Assembly (NCBI RefSeq): GCF_009914755.1
Contig: NC_060932.1
DNA: 64,000 nucleotides
Direction: 5' to 3' (one strand)
DNA from: the human T2T-CHM13v2.0 reference genome, Homo sapiens
Both the position numbers and the translations under genes were made by a program. Every line of letters begins with the position of its first letter. Position 1 is the first letter of the stretch. Of the stretch, positions 1 to 19,699 are shown in pieces. The notes under the pieces are model-generated. The model was given only the letters and a program-made list of their open reading frames with translations, ran no database searches and had not been told where the DNA came from.

Positions 1-451
1 TCATTAGTAACATCCCAGAGGGCATATCATTTGTGAGTTTGATTTTCTCACTCTTCATTTCTTTTTTGGGGATAATTTATTCTTGATGGTACATGTAGAT
101 CTCCTCACTCCACTACAATTGCTTTATGGTACTTAATATATGAATAAACTATGGTATATTTATTTCCTACTGATGGACAGTTAGGCTGTTTCTTCTTTTT
201 GCTATAACACTGGTGTAATGAATATCCTTGTACAATTCTTAAAATTTTCTTTGCTTTCTAGTTGTCTAGAAATCTAGGCATAGACTTTTTGAATCATTAA
301 CACTAACATCTTTAGCTTTTTAGGGTATTGCCAAGTTGCATTTCAAAGTAGTTTTACCAGTATATATTCACATAAACAGTATGCTGGTTTCTACTTTTTC
401 ATATTCTTGCCAATACTTGGTGTTTGTAACACTTAAAATGTTCCCATCCTG

Positions 452-4489
<4,038 letters not shown>

Positions 4490-4554
4490 GTCCCCACCCT
4501 GATAGGCAGAAGATAATGCCTTAATGATATTTTAACTTCTGTTCCCCTTCTTTT

Positions 4555-4713
4555 GGGAGAAAACAAATAGTCACATGGTCATAAAAGACTGGGAAATGAA
4601 GTCCGGCCTTGGACAGCCACCCCACAGTGCCAACTCCACATTGTGGAAGGAGCACACATTTCTGGTGGACAGCTAGCTGACTAATTAATGAGACTAGTGA
4701 CTAGTCTCAGCCA
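4555..4713 (-). mobile_element. MLT1 (MaLR) LTR 5' fragment, MLT1I/J-like
   Basis: Minus strand reads GTGGCTGAGACT..GCTAGCTGTCCACCA..CATTTCCCAGTC..CCATGTGACT, resembling MLT1I/J LTR starts. Confidence 0.6.
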
Positions 4714-5180
4714 CTGACTAATTTTTTAAAAAAGCTTCCACTGACTTAGCTCTCATTATCAATTACTGAAAGACACAGGTTAAAATTCTCCATTATCACT
4801 GCATATTTGTCAAATTTTCTTTGTAACTCATTTTTTGCTTATATGAATTTTTATGCTGTGTTGTTAGGAGTCTACAGGCTCAACATTATTTTGTTTTCCT
4901 AGTGAGTTGTTTATTTTCACATTATGTAATGGCTCTCTTTATCTGTGTGGTTTTTTTAAATTAAATTTTATTATTATTATACTTTAAGTTTTAAGGTACA
5001 TGTGCACAATGTACAGGTTAGTTACATATGTATACATATGCCATGGTGGTGTGCTGCACCCATTAACTCATCATTTAGCATTAGGTGTATCTCCTAATGC
5101 TATCCCTCCTCCCTCCCCCCACCCCCCAACAGTCCCCAGAGTGTGATGTTCCCCTTCCTGTGTCCATGTGTTCTCATTGT

Positions 5181-9001
<3,821 letters not shown>

Positions 9002-9064
9002 TATGATGTTAGCTGGTTATTTTGCTTGTTAGTTGATGCAGTTTCTTCCTAGCATCGATGGTCT

Positions 9065-10079
9065 TTACATTTTGGCATGATTTTGCAGCGGCTGGTACCA
9101 GTTGTTCCTTTCCATGTTTAGTGCTTCGTTCAGGAGCTCTTTTAGGGCATGCCTGGTGGTGACAAAATCTGTCAGCATTTGCTTGTCTGTAAAGGATTTT
9201 CTTTCTCCTTCACTTATGGAGCTTAGTTTGGCTGGATATGAAATTCTGGGTTGAAAATTCTTTTCTTTAAGAATGTTGAATATTGGCCCCCACTCTCTTC
9301 TGGCTTGTAGAGTTTCTGCTGAGAGATCCGCTGTTAGTCTGATGGGCTTCCCTTTGTGGGTAACCCGACCTTTCTCTCTGGCTGCCCTTAACTTTTTTTC
9401 CTTCATTTCAACTTTGGTGAATCTGACAATTATGTGTCTTGGAGTTGCTCTTCTCGAGGAGTATCTTTGTGGTGTTCTCTGTATTTCCTGAATCTGAATG
9501 TTGGCCTGCCTTGCTAGATTGGGAAAGTTTTCCTGGATAATATCCTGCAGAGTGTTTTCCAACTTGGTTCCATTCTCCCTGTCACTTTCAGTACACCAAT
9601 CAGACGTAGATTTGGTCTTTTCACATAGTCCCATATTTCTTGGAGGCTCTGTTCGTTTCCTTTTATTCTTTTTTCTCTAAACTTCCCTTCTCGCTTCATT
9701 TCATTCATTTCATCTTCCATCACTGATACCCTCTCTCCAGTTGATCGCATCAGCTCCTGAGGCTTCTGCATTCTTCACATAGTTCTCGAGCCTTGGCTTT
9801 CACTGCCATCAGCTCCTTTAAGCACTTCTCTGTATTGGTTATTCTAGTTATACATTCATCTAAATTTTCTTCAAAGTTTTTAACTTCTTTGCCTTTGGTT
9901 TGAATTTCCTCCTGTAGCTTGGAGTAGTTTGATTGTCTGAAGCCTTCTTCTCTCAACTCGTCAAAGTCATTCTCCATCCAGCTTTGTTCCATTGCTGGTG
10001 AGGAACTGCGTTCCTTTGGAGGAGGAGAGGCTCTCTGCTTTTTAGAGTTTCCAGTTTTCCTACTCTGTTTTTTCCCCAT
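9065..10079 (-). pseudogene. ORF1: L1 ORF1p, frameshifted
   Basis: MGKKQSRK start at 10079; RPNLRLIGV, ARREWG and YPAKLS motifs; QPLQNHAKM end; split over three frames. Confidence 0.95.
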
Positions 10080-11109
10080 CTTTGTGATTTTATCTACTTC
10101 TGGTCTTTGATGATGGTGATGTACAGATGGGTTTTTGGTGTGGATGTCCTTTCTGTTTGTTAGTTTTCCTTCTAACAGACAGGACCCTCAGCTGCAGGTG
10201 TGTTGGAGTTTGTTAGAGGTCCACTTCGGACCCTGTTTGCCTGGGTATTAGCAGTGGTGGCTGCAGAACAGCGGGTTTTCGTGAACCGCAAATGCTGCTG
10301 TCTGATCGTTCCTCTGGAAGTTTTGTCTCAGAGGAGTACCCAGCCCTGTGAGGTGTCAGTCTGCCCCTACTTGGGGGTGCCTCCCAGTTAGGCTGCTCGG
10401 GGGTCGGGGGTCAGGGACCCACTTGAGGAGGCAGTCTGCCAGCTCTCAGATTTCCAGCTGCATGCTGGGAGAACCACTGCTCTCTTCAAAGCTGTCAGAC
10501 AGGGACATTTAAGTCTGCAGAGGTTACTGCTTTTTGTTTGTCTGTGCCCTGCCCCCAGAGGTGGAGCCTACAGAGGCAGGCAGGCCTCCTTGAGCTGTGG
10601 AGGGCTCCACCCAGTTAGAGCTTCCCAGCTGCTTTGTTTACCTAAGCAAGCCTGGACAATGGCGGGCACCCCTCCCCCAGCCTCGCTGCCGCCTTGCAGT
10701 TTGATCTCAGACTGCTGTGCTAGCAATCAGCGAGACTCTGTGGGCGTAGGACCCTCCAAGCCGGGTGCAGGATACAATCTCCTGGTGCGCCGTTTTTTAA
10801 GCCCGTCGGAAAAGCACAGTATTAGAGTGGGAGTGACCCGATTTTCCAGGTGCCGTTTGTCACCCCTTTCTTTGACTAGGAAACGGAACTCCCTGACCCC
10901 TTGCGCTTCCCGAGTGAGGCAATGCCTCGCCCTGCTTCGGCTCGTGCATGGTGCGCTGCACCCACTGTCCTGCACTCACTGTCTGGCACTCCCTAGTGAG
11001 ATGAACCTGGTACCTCAGATGGAAATACAGAAATCACCTGTCTTCTGCATCGCTCACGCTGGGAGCTGTAGACCGGAGCTGTTCCTATTCGGCCACCTTG
11101 GCTCCCCCC
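10080..11109 (-). promoter_or_regulatory. L1 5'UTR with internal sense promoter and antisense promoter
   Basis: Recognisable full L1PA 5'UTR upstream of the ORF1 ATG, more GC/CpG-rich than flanks; activity not shown by sequence. Confidence 0.85.
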
Positions 11110-11222
11110 ATCTGTGTGGTTTGTTAATATCATTTTCCACTCACTTACCTTCAAGCTTTCTTGTTTGTTCTAGATGCATTTTTTATATAGAGCCTACGGC
11201 TGGCCTTTTTTTTTTTTTTTGA
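10659..11222 (+). CDS. ORF0: L1 ORF0-like antisense ORF, extended to 187 aa and running out of the element (translation unknown)
   Basis: ATG at 10659 (ACAATGG context) gives MAGTPPPASLPPCSLISDCCASNQRDSVGVGPS, the ORF0 N-terminus; no stop until 11220-11222. Confidence 0.55.
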   Translation: MAGTPPPASLPPCSLISDCCASNQRDSVGVGPSKPGAGYNLLVRRFLSPSEKHSIRVGVTRFSRCRLSPLSLTRKRNSLTPCASRVRQCLALLRLVHGALHPLSCTHCLALPSEMNLVPQMEIQKSPVFCIAHAGSCRPELFLFGHLGSPHLCGLLISFSTHLPSSFLVCSRCIFYIEPTAGLFFFF

Positions 11223-11390
11223 GAAGCTATTTCTTTTAACACTGTTTTTAGTCTGTTTACGTTAGTAGGACTTATTCATATTCTTGGATTTAGTTTAGCA
11301 TATTCTTCTGTTTTATTTAAGATTAGCTTTATTTTTCATTCTTCTTACCTTCTATTGGATAGAACACATTTTCTTTTTATAATTTGCATC

Positions 11391-13830
11391 ATTTTTAAAT
11401 TTTTATTTCTATAGATTTAGGGGTACAAGTGCAGTTTTGTTGCATGGACATATTGCATACTGGTAAAGTCTGGGCTAAAATGTAACCATTACTCAAATAA
11501 TATACATTGTACCCATTAGATAATCTCTCATCCCTCACTCTCCTCCTACTCTTCCATCTTTGCAAGGGTCCACTGTCTATAATTTCATATTCTCTGTCCA
11601 TGTGTACACATTATTTAGCTCTCACTTACAAGTTACAACATGGGGTAGTTGACTTTCTGTTTATGAGTTATTTCACTTAACATAATGTCCTCCAGTTACA
11701 TCCATGTTGATACAAAATACATGATTTTATTCTGTTTTATGATACAGTAGTATTCCATGGTGTGTATATATGGATAGACTGATAGATGTCATGATAGAGA
11801 TATTTACAGATTATATATATATATATAGCATATATTCCACATTTTCTCTCTTCATTCATTCATTGATGGGCACTTAGGTTGATTCCATATCTTTGCTATT
11901 GTGAATAGTGCTATGATAAGCATACAAGTGGAGGTATCTTTTTGATATAATGATTCCTTCCCTTTAGGAAGATACACAAGAAGTGGGATTGCTGGATCCA
12001 ATGGTAGTTGAATATTTAGTTTTTTTGAGAACTTTCCATATTTTTTGTTTGTTTGTTTGTTTTGAGACGGAGTCTCACTCTGTCCCCCAGGCTGGAATGC
12101 TGTGGCATCATCTGGCTCACTGCAAGCTCTGCCTCCCAGGTTCTGCCATTCTCCTGCCTCAGCCTCCTGAGTAGCTGGGACTACAGGCACCCGCCACCAT
12201 GCCTGGCTAGTTTTTTTTGGGTTTTTAATAGAGACGGGGTTTCACTGTGTTAGCCAGGATGGTCTTGATCTCCTGACCTCGTGATCTGCCTGCCTCAGCC
12301 TCCCAAAGTGCTGGGATTACAGGCGTGAGCCACCGTGCCTGGCCTCCATATTGTTTTACACAGAGGTTACACTAATTTACATTCCCACTGACAATGTATA
12401 AGCATTCCTTTTTCTCCACACTTTTGCCAACATCTGTTATTTTTTAACATTTTAGTAATAGCTATTTTGACTGATGTGAGGCTGTATTGTTGTGGTTTTA
12501 ATTTGTATTTCTCTGATGATTGGGAATGTGGAGCATTTTATTCATATGCTCTTCATCCATTTATATATCTTCTTTTGCAAAATGTCTCTACACACCCTTT
12601 GCCCACTTTTTAGCAAGGTTATTTGGGTTTTGTTGTTGTTGAGTGGTTCGAGCACCTTGTAGATTCTGGATATTTCATCCTTTGCCAGATGCGTAGTGTG
12701 CAAATATTTTCTCCCATTCTGTATGTAGGTTGTCTTTTTTGTTTATTTCTTGCTGTGCAGAGTTTTTTAGTTTAATTAAATCCCATTTGTCTATTTTCAT
12801 TTTTGTTGCATTTGCTTTTGATGTCTTAGTCATGAATTCTTTGCCTAGGCCAATGTCCAGAAGAGTTTTTCCTGGGTTTTCTTCTGGAACCTTTACAGTT
12901 TCCGGTCTTACATTTAAGTCTTTAATCCATGTTGAGTTAATATTTGCATATGGCTAGAGATAGGATTCAGTTTCATTCTTCTGCATGTGGCTATCCAATT
13001 TTCCCAGCACAATTTATTGAGCAAGATGTCCTTTCCCTAGTGTATGTTTTTTGTCAACTTTGTCAAAGATTAGTTGGCTGTATGTATGTGGCTTTATTTC
13101 TGAGTTCTCTATTCTGTTCTATTGATCTATATGTCTATTTTTTTACACAAGTACCATGCTGTTTCTGGGTACTATAGCCTTGTAGTATAATTTGAAGTCA
13201 GTTAATGAGATGTTTCCAGGTTTGTTCTTTTGCTTCAGATTGCTGTCATTCTTTGGGATCTTTTTTCGGTTCCATATAGATTTTAGGATTGTGTTTTCTA
13301 ATTCTGTAAAAAATGACATCGGCATTTTGATAGAAGTTGCATTGAATCTGCAAATTACCTTGGGCAGTATGATCATTTTAAAGATATTGATTCTTCCAAT
13401 CCATGAACTTGGGCTGTCTTTTCATTTGTTTGTGTCATCTACAATCTCTTTCATTCATGTTTTGTAGTGTTTCTTGTGGACACCTTTCACCTAAGTTAAA
13501 TGTATACCTAGGTTTGGGTTTTGTTTTGTTTTGTTTTTTATAGCTATTGTAAATGGAATTGACTTCTTGATTTGATTCTCAGCCTTATTGGTGTATAGAA
13601 ATAGTACTGATTATTGTATTTTGGGCTTATATCCTGTAACTTTAGTGAATTAATTTTCAAATCTAGGAATCTTTTGGCAGAGTCTTTAGGATTTTCTAGA
13701 TATAAGATCACATCATCAGCAAACAGAGATAATTTGACTTCCTCTTTTCCAATTTGGATGCCTTCTTTTGTTTCTCTTGTCTGATTGTTCTGGCTAGGTC
13801 TTTTAGTCCCACGTTGAATGGGCATCCTTG
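11391..13830 (-). mobile_element. 5'-truncated L1PB-like element interrupted by AluY
   Basis: L1PB-type 3' end at ~11400; degenerate ORF2 fragments ([14 protein letters not shown] in 13544-13825). Confidence 0.85.
12043..12344 (-). mobile_element. AluY
   Basis: Dimer with AluY-type motifs (GCAAGCTC, GTGTTAGCCAGGATGG); TSD TCCATATT at 12035-12042 and 12345-12352. Confidence 0.93.
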
Positions 13831-13989
13831 AAATAGGATAAGCTTTTATTGTTTCCTTTTTGCCCTTTATTAGTTTAAAAGTTATACGATCTATTTTCTT
13901 TTTACTATTTATTCTTAAATACTTAACATGAATATTTGACTTTCAATGTCTGAAATTTATTAAAAAAACTCCATCCTTCTCCCAAATAA

Positions 13990-14305
<316 letters not shown>

Positions 14306-15420
14306 TATTTATTTTAAATATTAGTGTTCTCTCCTCACAGAACAAATGTTATATAAATATTGACCTGGTTTTTTTTTGTATTCTCAGAGCCATTTTTTTA
14401 TTTATTGATTTCGCTGTAGCTATTGCCACTATGTTATTTAAATAATCATCAAGTCTTAAATTTCAACTAATTATTTATTTTAAATTCCTACTTGGTTTTA
14501 TTCTGTAAGATGTTTATTTTTTAAAATTCATTAATCATTTTCAAGTCACTTATTTTAAAATTTTCTTTATGACTACCTTTCTATTGTTTCAAGTCTTTAA
14601 GTGCTTAATGTCATATTCATTTCATCTGATTTTTCATTCATGACTGATTGTTGCTCATATATTTTGTAAATTTTTACTGTGATCTAATCTTCACTGGGAC
14701 TGTTCTTTACCTGTGGAAATCTTTATGTTTTGAAATTTGTAAGTATTCCTCCTCGGTGGTTTTGTTTTCTTCTGCCACTCACCTCATAATCTTTTGTTAG
14801 TTTTTTGTCTTGGGAACCATAAAATTACATGAATAATGTAAAATGAGACTCCAAACCCATAAGACTCACAGGCCAGAGCATCAGTTTTTTATGACAGACT
14901 TTTTTCCACAAAGGCCTGATGGGAACAAGATTCCTACTCCCTTCTAAGTTAGTGAGTTACTGGAGCTCCTGCTTTATGCAAGGCCTGAGCTCTAATTTTC
15001 AGCCTCATATAGGCCCACATGTCTGGGTGTTACTCTCCACCTTCCATAGTTGAAGAAATACCAGATTGCTCATTTACTTAAACTTCTTCTTTTATCTTTC
15101 TATCTGACAACTGTGGGTTTCCGTTAACTATCCAGCAAACTCAGCTGTAGATTAAGATTTATTAAATTTTTTATTTTAAATCTATCATTTATAGTTTAAA
15201 TATTAGAAGTATTACTATTTTTATTTGAGGATTATGTTATCAGAACTCCAAGTGCTCAGTTGTTATTTAGCCCAATTCTCAAGATAAGAAGATTGAGAGA
15301 ACCACTGTGATCTAGATGGACCAAAATATTTTTCACCACTCACTGAAGCCTATTGGTTTGGCTTTAATAGTATGCAGCAGTTAGAATCCTGCTTCTAAAG
15401 TTTGCATCTACAGTATAGAC

Positions 15421-15600
15421 CAGTGCTTCTTAAACTATGGGCCCTACATCATTCTGTCTCAGAATTACCAGAGTCTGTGTTTAAAATGCAGATTTCTAGT
15501 CTGAGACCTAGATCTACTAAATCAAAAGTTTTGCAGGTAAGAGCGTGGACACTTTATACATTTTCCATGCAATTTCTGTAAAACCAACATTTGATAAATA
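15421..15600. mobile_element. MER5-like hAT MITE
   Basis: CAGTGCTTCTTAAACT start and AAAATGCAGATTTCT core. Confidence 0.6.
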
Positions 15601-16589
15601 TTGGCTTATAAGTATCATTCAACTGGATCAAGATTCCTCTAAGTGGTAGGGAACACACCTTTTTATTTTCCTTTGTTCTCCACAGCATTTAATACAATGC
15701 CTTACACATATTATGTGACTGACAAATTTTTTTTGATGATCAGATAGATAAATCAGGGTTGGAATCATCTTAAGAGTTAAATGGGCTTGAAGCCTGCTAC
15801 ATATAATTGGTGGTTACAACAAGACCCCCCACCCCAATAGTGGGCTGAGCCCTGATCAAGATTTAAATTAGAAAAGTGAGGTATTCACTTATTTATCCAA
15901 CTAGAAGCATATCCGCAAAGAATGTATGCTATATTGTGTCATAACATATATACAATTTGCTATATATATTCATTAAATCAATATCATCAACTCATGATGA
16001 GCTACTAAGTGACAGCAAAATTATACCCGCCATAAGACCCAGTTTCCTCCCTAAAGGAATTCACTTTGTTAGCCTGTTGAATGAACCACATATAAAAGTA
16101 CTTGGTTCTTAAGTTAGAGCTGAAGTGAATACAATGGCTGTAGGACAGAATTGTGGGCATGGCAAGCTACGAAGCTCTCCTTTGTGTTTTACCAAAGCTC
16201 AAGAACAGTAATGAGAAATTAGAAATATAATAATCTCAAAGACAGCTAGGATTGTGCCTTTTCATTATCTAAAAAATGAAATCAAGACCTTAAACTTAAC
16301 ATATAATGTCACTGACAGCCAAGATGAAGAGAGGGAAAACCAACTGGATATGGTAACTGTCATTGGCAGACATGCTGCTACTTTGGGGATTATCTTTATA
16401 TCTCTGATTGTTTTTCTCCAGCTGAGTCAGGAGAAACCACTGGAATTAAGGTAACAGGTTCATATGTATTCATGTTGAAGGCAGGCATCTAGGTAATCAT
16501 CTAGTCAGATAATAATAACCAAAACTCTCATGCTGGAAGCTAAAAAATGACAAAGAGAGTCTATGAGATTGTGCATTAGGAAAGGCACA

Positions 16590-16812
16590 TTCTGGCAAAT
16601 GCCAAATATAGTTCTTACTACGTGTCAGGCACTCTTCTAAGCACTTTAAGTATATCAAGGTATTTAAATCTTATAACAACCCCGAGTTAGGAGCTACTAT
16701 TATCTCAGAAAATTGAGGCATATAGAGGTTAAATAATGTGTTCAAGCTACGCTTCAGTGAGTGAACTGTTGGGATTCAAATTCTGGCTATTTGGCTCCAG
16801 AGTCTAAGCTTT
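16590..16812 (-). mobile_element. MIR
   Basis: GTCAGGCACTCTTCTAAGCACTTT..AAATTGAGGCATATAGAGGTTAAAT core. Confidence 0.75.
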
Positions 16813-16829
16813 TCGTGGAGATAATGCTC

Positions 16830-17124
16830 TCTTAAACGGGACACAAAAAGCACCAACTATATGAGAAAATATTTATATATTGGGTTAGATTAAAATTAGA
16901 AACTTTATTCATTGAAAGACAGTACTAAAGAGAGAAAAAGCTCATATTCAAAAAATATAAAGAACTTTTACAAATCAGTAAGAAAAGACAGATGATCTAA
17001 GAAAACAATGAGAAAAACACCTGATAGGAACTCCACAAAAGAGGATATCTAAATAGCCAATAAACATATAAAAAATGCTGAATGTCTTTAAGCATCTGGA
17101 AAATTCAAACAAAAATTGTAATGG
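16830..17124 (+). mobile_element. Old L1M ORF2 3' fragment, left part (host of the 17125-21098 insertion)
   Basis: Degenerate L1 ORF2 C-terminal sequence that resumes colinearly at ~21099-21205. Confidence 0.75.
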
Positions 17125-18550
17125 TAGCTGAAGCCATCACACTACCTGACTTCAAACTATACTGCAATCCTATAGTAATCAAAACAGCATGGTACTAATA
17201 CAAAAGTAGACACATAGATCAATAAAACAGAATAGGGAACCCAGAATAAAGCCACACACCTACAACTAACTGGTCTTCAACAAAGATACAAAAAGAAACC
17301 ATGGGGAAAGGACACTCTATTCAATAAATGTTGCTGGAAAAACTGGTAAGCCATATGCAGAAGAATGAAGCTGGAACCCTATCTCCAATCATATAAAAAA
17401 TTAACTCAAAATGGATTAAAGGCTTCAGTATGAGACCTCAAACTATAAAAATTCTAGAAGAAAACTTAGGAAAAACTTCTGGACATTGGCCTAGGCAATG
17501 AATTCTTAACTAAGACCTCAAAAGCAAATGCAACAAAAGCAAAAATAGACAAATGAGACTAAATGAAGCTAAAAAGCTTCTGCACTGCAGAAAAAAAATC
17601 AACAGAAGAAACAGACAACATACAGAGTGGGAGAAATATTTGTAAGTGATGCATCTGGCAAATGGCTAATATTCAGAATCTACAAGGAACATAATCAATT
17701 CAACATGCAAAAATCAAATAACCTCAATAAAAAGTGAGTGAAGGACAGGAACAGACACTTCTCAAAGGAAAACATACAATTGGCCAATAAGGATGAATAA
17801 AATGCTCAACATTTCTAATCATGAGAGAGATGCAAATTAAAACCACAATGAGATACCATGTCACACCAGTCAGAATGGCTATTATTAAAAAGCCAAAAAA
17901 CTAACAGATGTTGATGGGGATGTGAAAAAAATGTAATGCTTATAAACTGTTGATGGGAATGTAAATTAGCACAGCCTCTATGGAAAACAGTATGGAAACA
18001 TCTCAAAAAAAATAAAAATGGAACTACCATTTGATCCAGCAATCCCATTTATTGGAAAAGGAAAAGAAATCATTTTATCAAAAAGACATATGTTGATTGC
18101 AACACTATTCACAATACCAAAGTCAAGGAATCAACCTAAGTGTCCAGCAGCGGTTGACTGGATAAAGAAAACATGGTATATATACATCATGGAATACTAC
18201 ACAGCCATAGCGAATAATGAAATCACATTCTTCACAGAAATATGAATGGAACTGGAGGCCATTATTCTAAATGAAATAACTCAGAAACAGAAAATCAAAT
18301 ACTGCATGGTCTCACTTATAAGTGGGAGCTAAACAATGGCTACACATAGGAATAAAGATAGAAATAATATATACTAAGAACTCCAAAAGGGAGGAGGGTA
18401 GGTGGGAGGGGTGACGGTTAAAGAACTACCTATTGGATATTATGTTCACTGTTTGGGTGATAGATTCACTAGAAGCCCAAACCTCAGCATTACATAATAT
18501 ACCCATGTAACAAACCTGTACATGTACCCCTGAAACTAAATTTAAAAAAA
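17125..18550 (+). mobile_element. 5'-truncated L1PB-like element
   Basis: ORF2 3' part (MELPFDPAIP..), L1PB-type 3'UTR (AGAAGCCCAAACCTCAGCATTAC..CATGTACCCCTGAA) and a short A-tract. Confidence 0.9.
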
Positions 18551-19212
18551 CTGTTTATGCAAAGTACAGCTCACGAAATAATATAGATTCAAAAAGAAAG
18601 GTGCAGTCACTATAATATAATATATAATTATTAATAATTATAATGTGGTATATACTATTAATATTACATATGTACTATTGAATGCCTACAATGGGTCAGG
18701 TACTCCTATAAGCACTTTACTTTCATTATCTCCCAATAATTCTCTCTGAGGTCAGTTTTAGTATCTTTAATTTAGAGGCCAATTTATGAAAGATATATAT
18801 AGAGAGAGTTATGAAATACATACATATATATATAGGTCAGTTTTAGTATCTTTAATTTAGAGGCTAATTTGTGAAATACATATAGTTGAATAAGAAATTA
18901 TCTAAAACATTCATAGAAGGCTTTCAAAAATATAATGTTGAATGAAAAATGAAAATTACAGAAGTATGTATAGCATGTACCTTTATAGAAAGTTTTAAAA
19001 CTTACAAAGTTAAACAACGTATTATTTAGAGATACCTACATATGAAGTGTAATTAAAATGAAAATCAAAGGAATTATAATTTTTCAAAACTTAAGATGAA
19101 TGATGGGAAGGCAAAGAGTTGTATTTGGGAAAGACCATACTGCCAGCTTCAAAAGTAATGGCAAAATTTTAATAAGCAAATAACAGATACAGGGTGTTGA
19201 TTTTATTTTTCT

Positions 19213-19215
<3 letters not shown>

Positions 19216-19252
<37 letters not shown>
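19216..19252. repeat. (CA)n microsatellite
   Basis: Uninterrupted CA run of about 18 units. Confidence 0.97.
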
Positions 19253-19254
<2 letters not shown>

Positions 19255-19643
19255 CACCAGCCTTCAATATCTATGGGTTCCACACCTGTGGATTCAAACA
19301 AACTATGAATCAAATATGTAGTTAGGCCTATGATGGTTTTATCTGTACTGAACATGTACAGATATTTTGTTATCAATATCCCCTAAACAACTATTGATAA
19401 CAAGTGTTATCCTCTAAACAAACCATATAGTATCCTCTAAACAATGTCCTCTAAACAAACAGTAGTTTAATAACTAATTACATAACATTTACATTGTATT
19501 ATAAGTAATGCAGAGCTTATTTAAAGTGAGATATGTTATATGCAAGTAATACTCCATTTTATATAAAGGATCTGAGCATCTAGGATTTTTTTATCTGTGG
19601 GAGGTTTTGGAACCAATTTTGTATAGATACTGAAGGACAGCTG
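19253..19643. mobile_element. MER2/MER2B (TcMar-Tigger) non-autonomous DNA transposon
   Basis: ATCTATGGGTTCCACACCTGTGGATTCAA near the start, TGTACTGAACATGTACAGA core, GATACTGAAGGACAGCTG|TA end. Confidence 0.8.
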
Positions 19644-19699
19644 TATGTGTGTCTATTTGTATGTATAAAATTGTTCATAATATTTTGTTTTTACTTTTA

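Noticed and set aside
19379-19458. CRISPR-like repeat-spacer pattern
   Set aside because: 12-bp repeats, 2-19 bp spacers, primate DNA, no cas genes; explained as a repair scar in MER2
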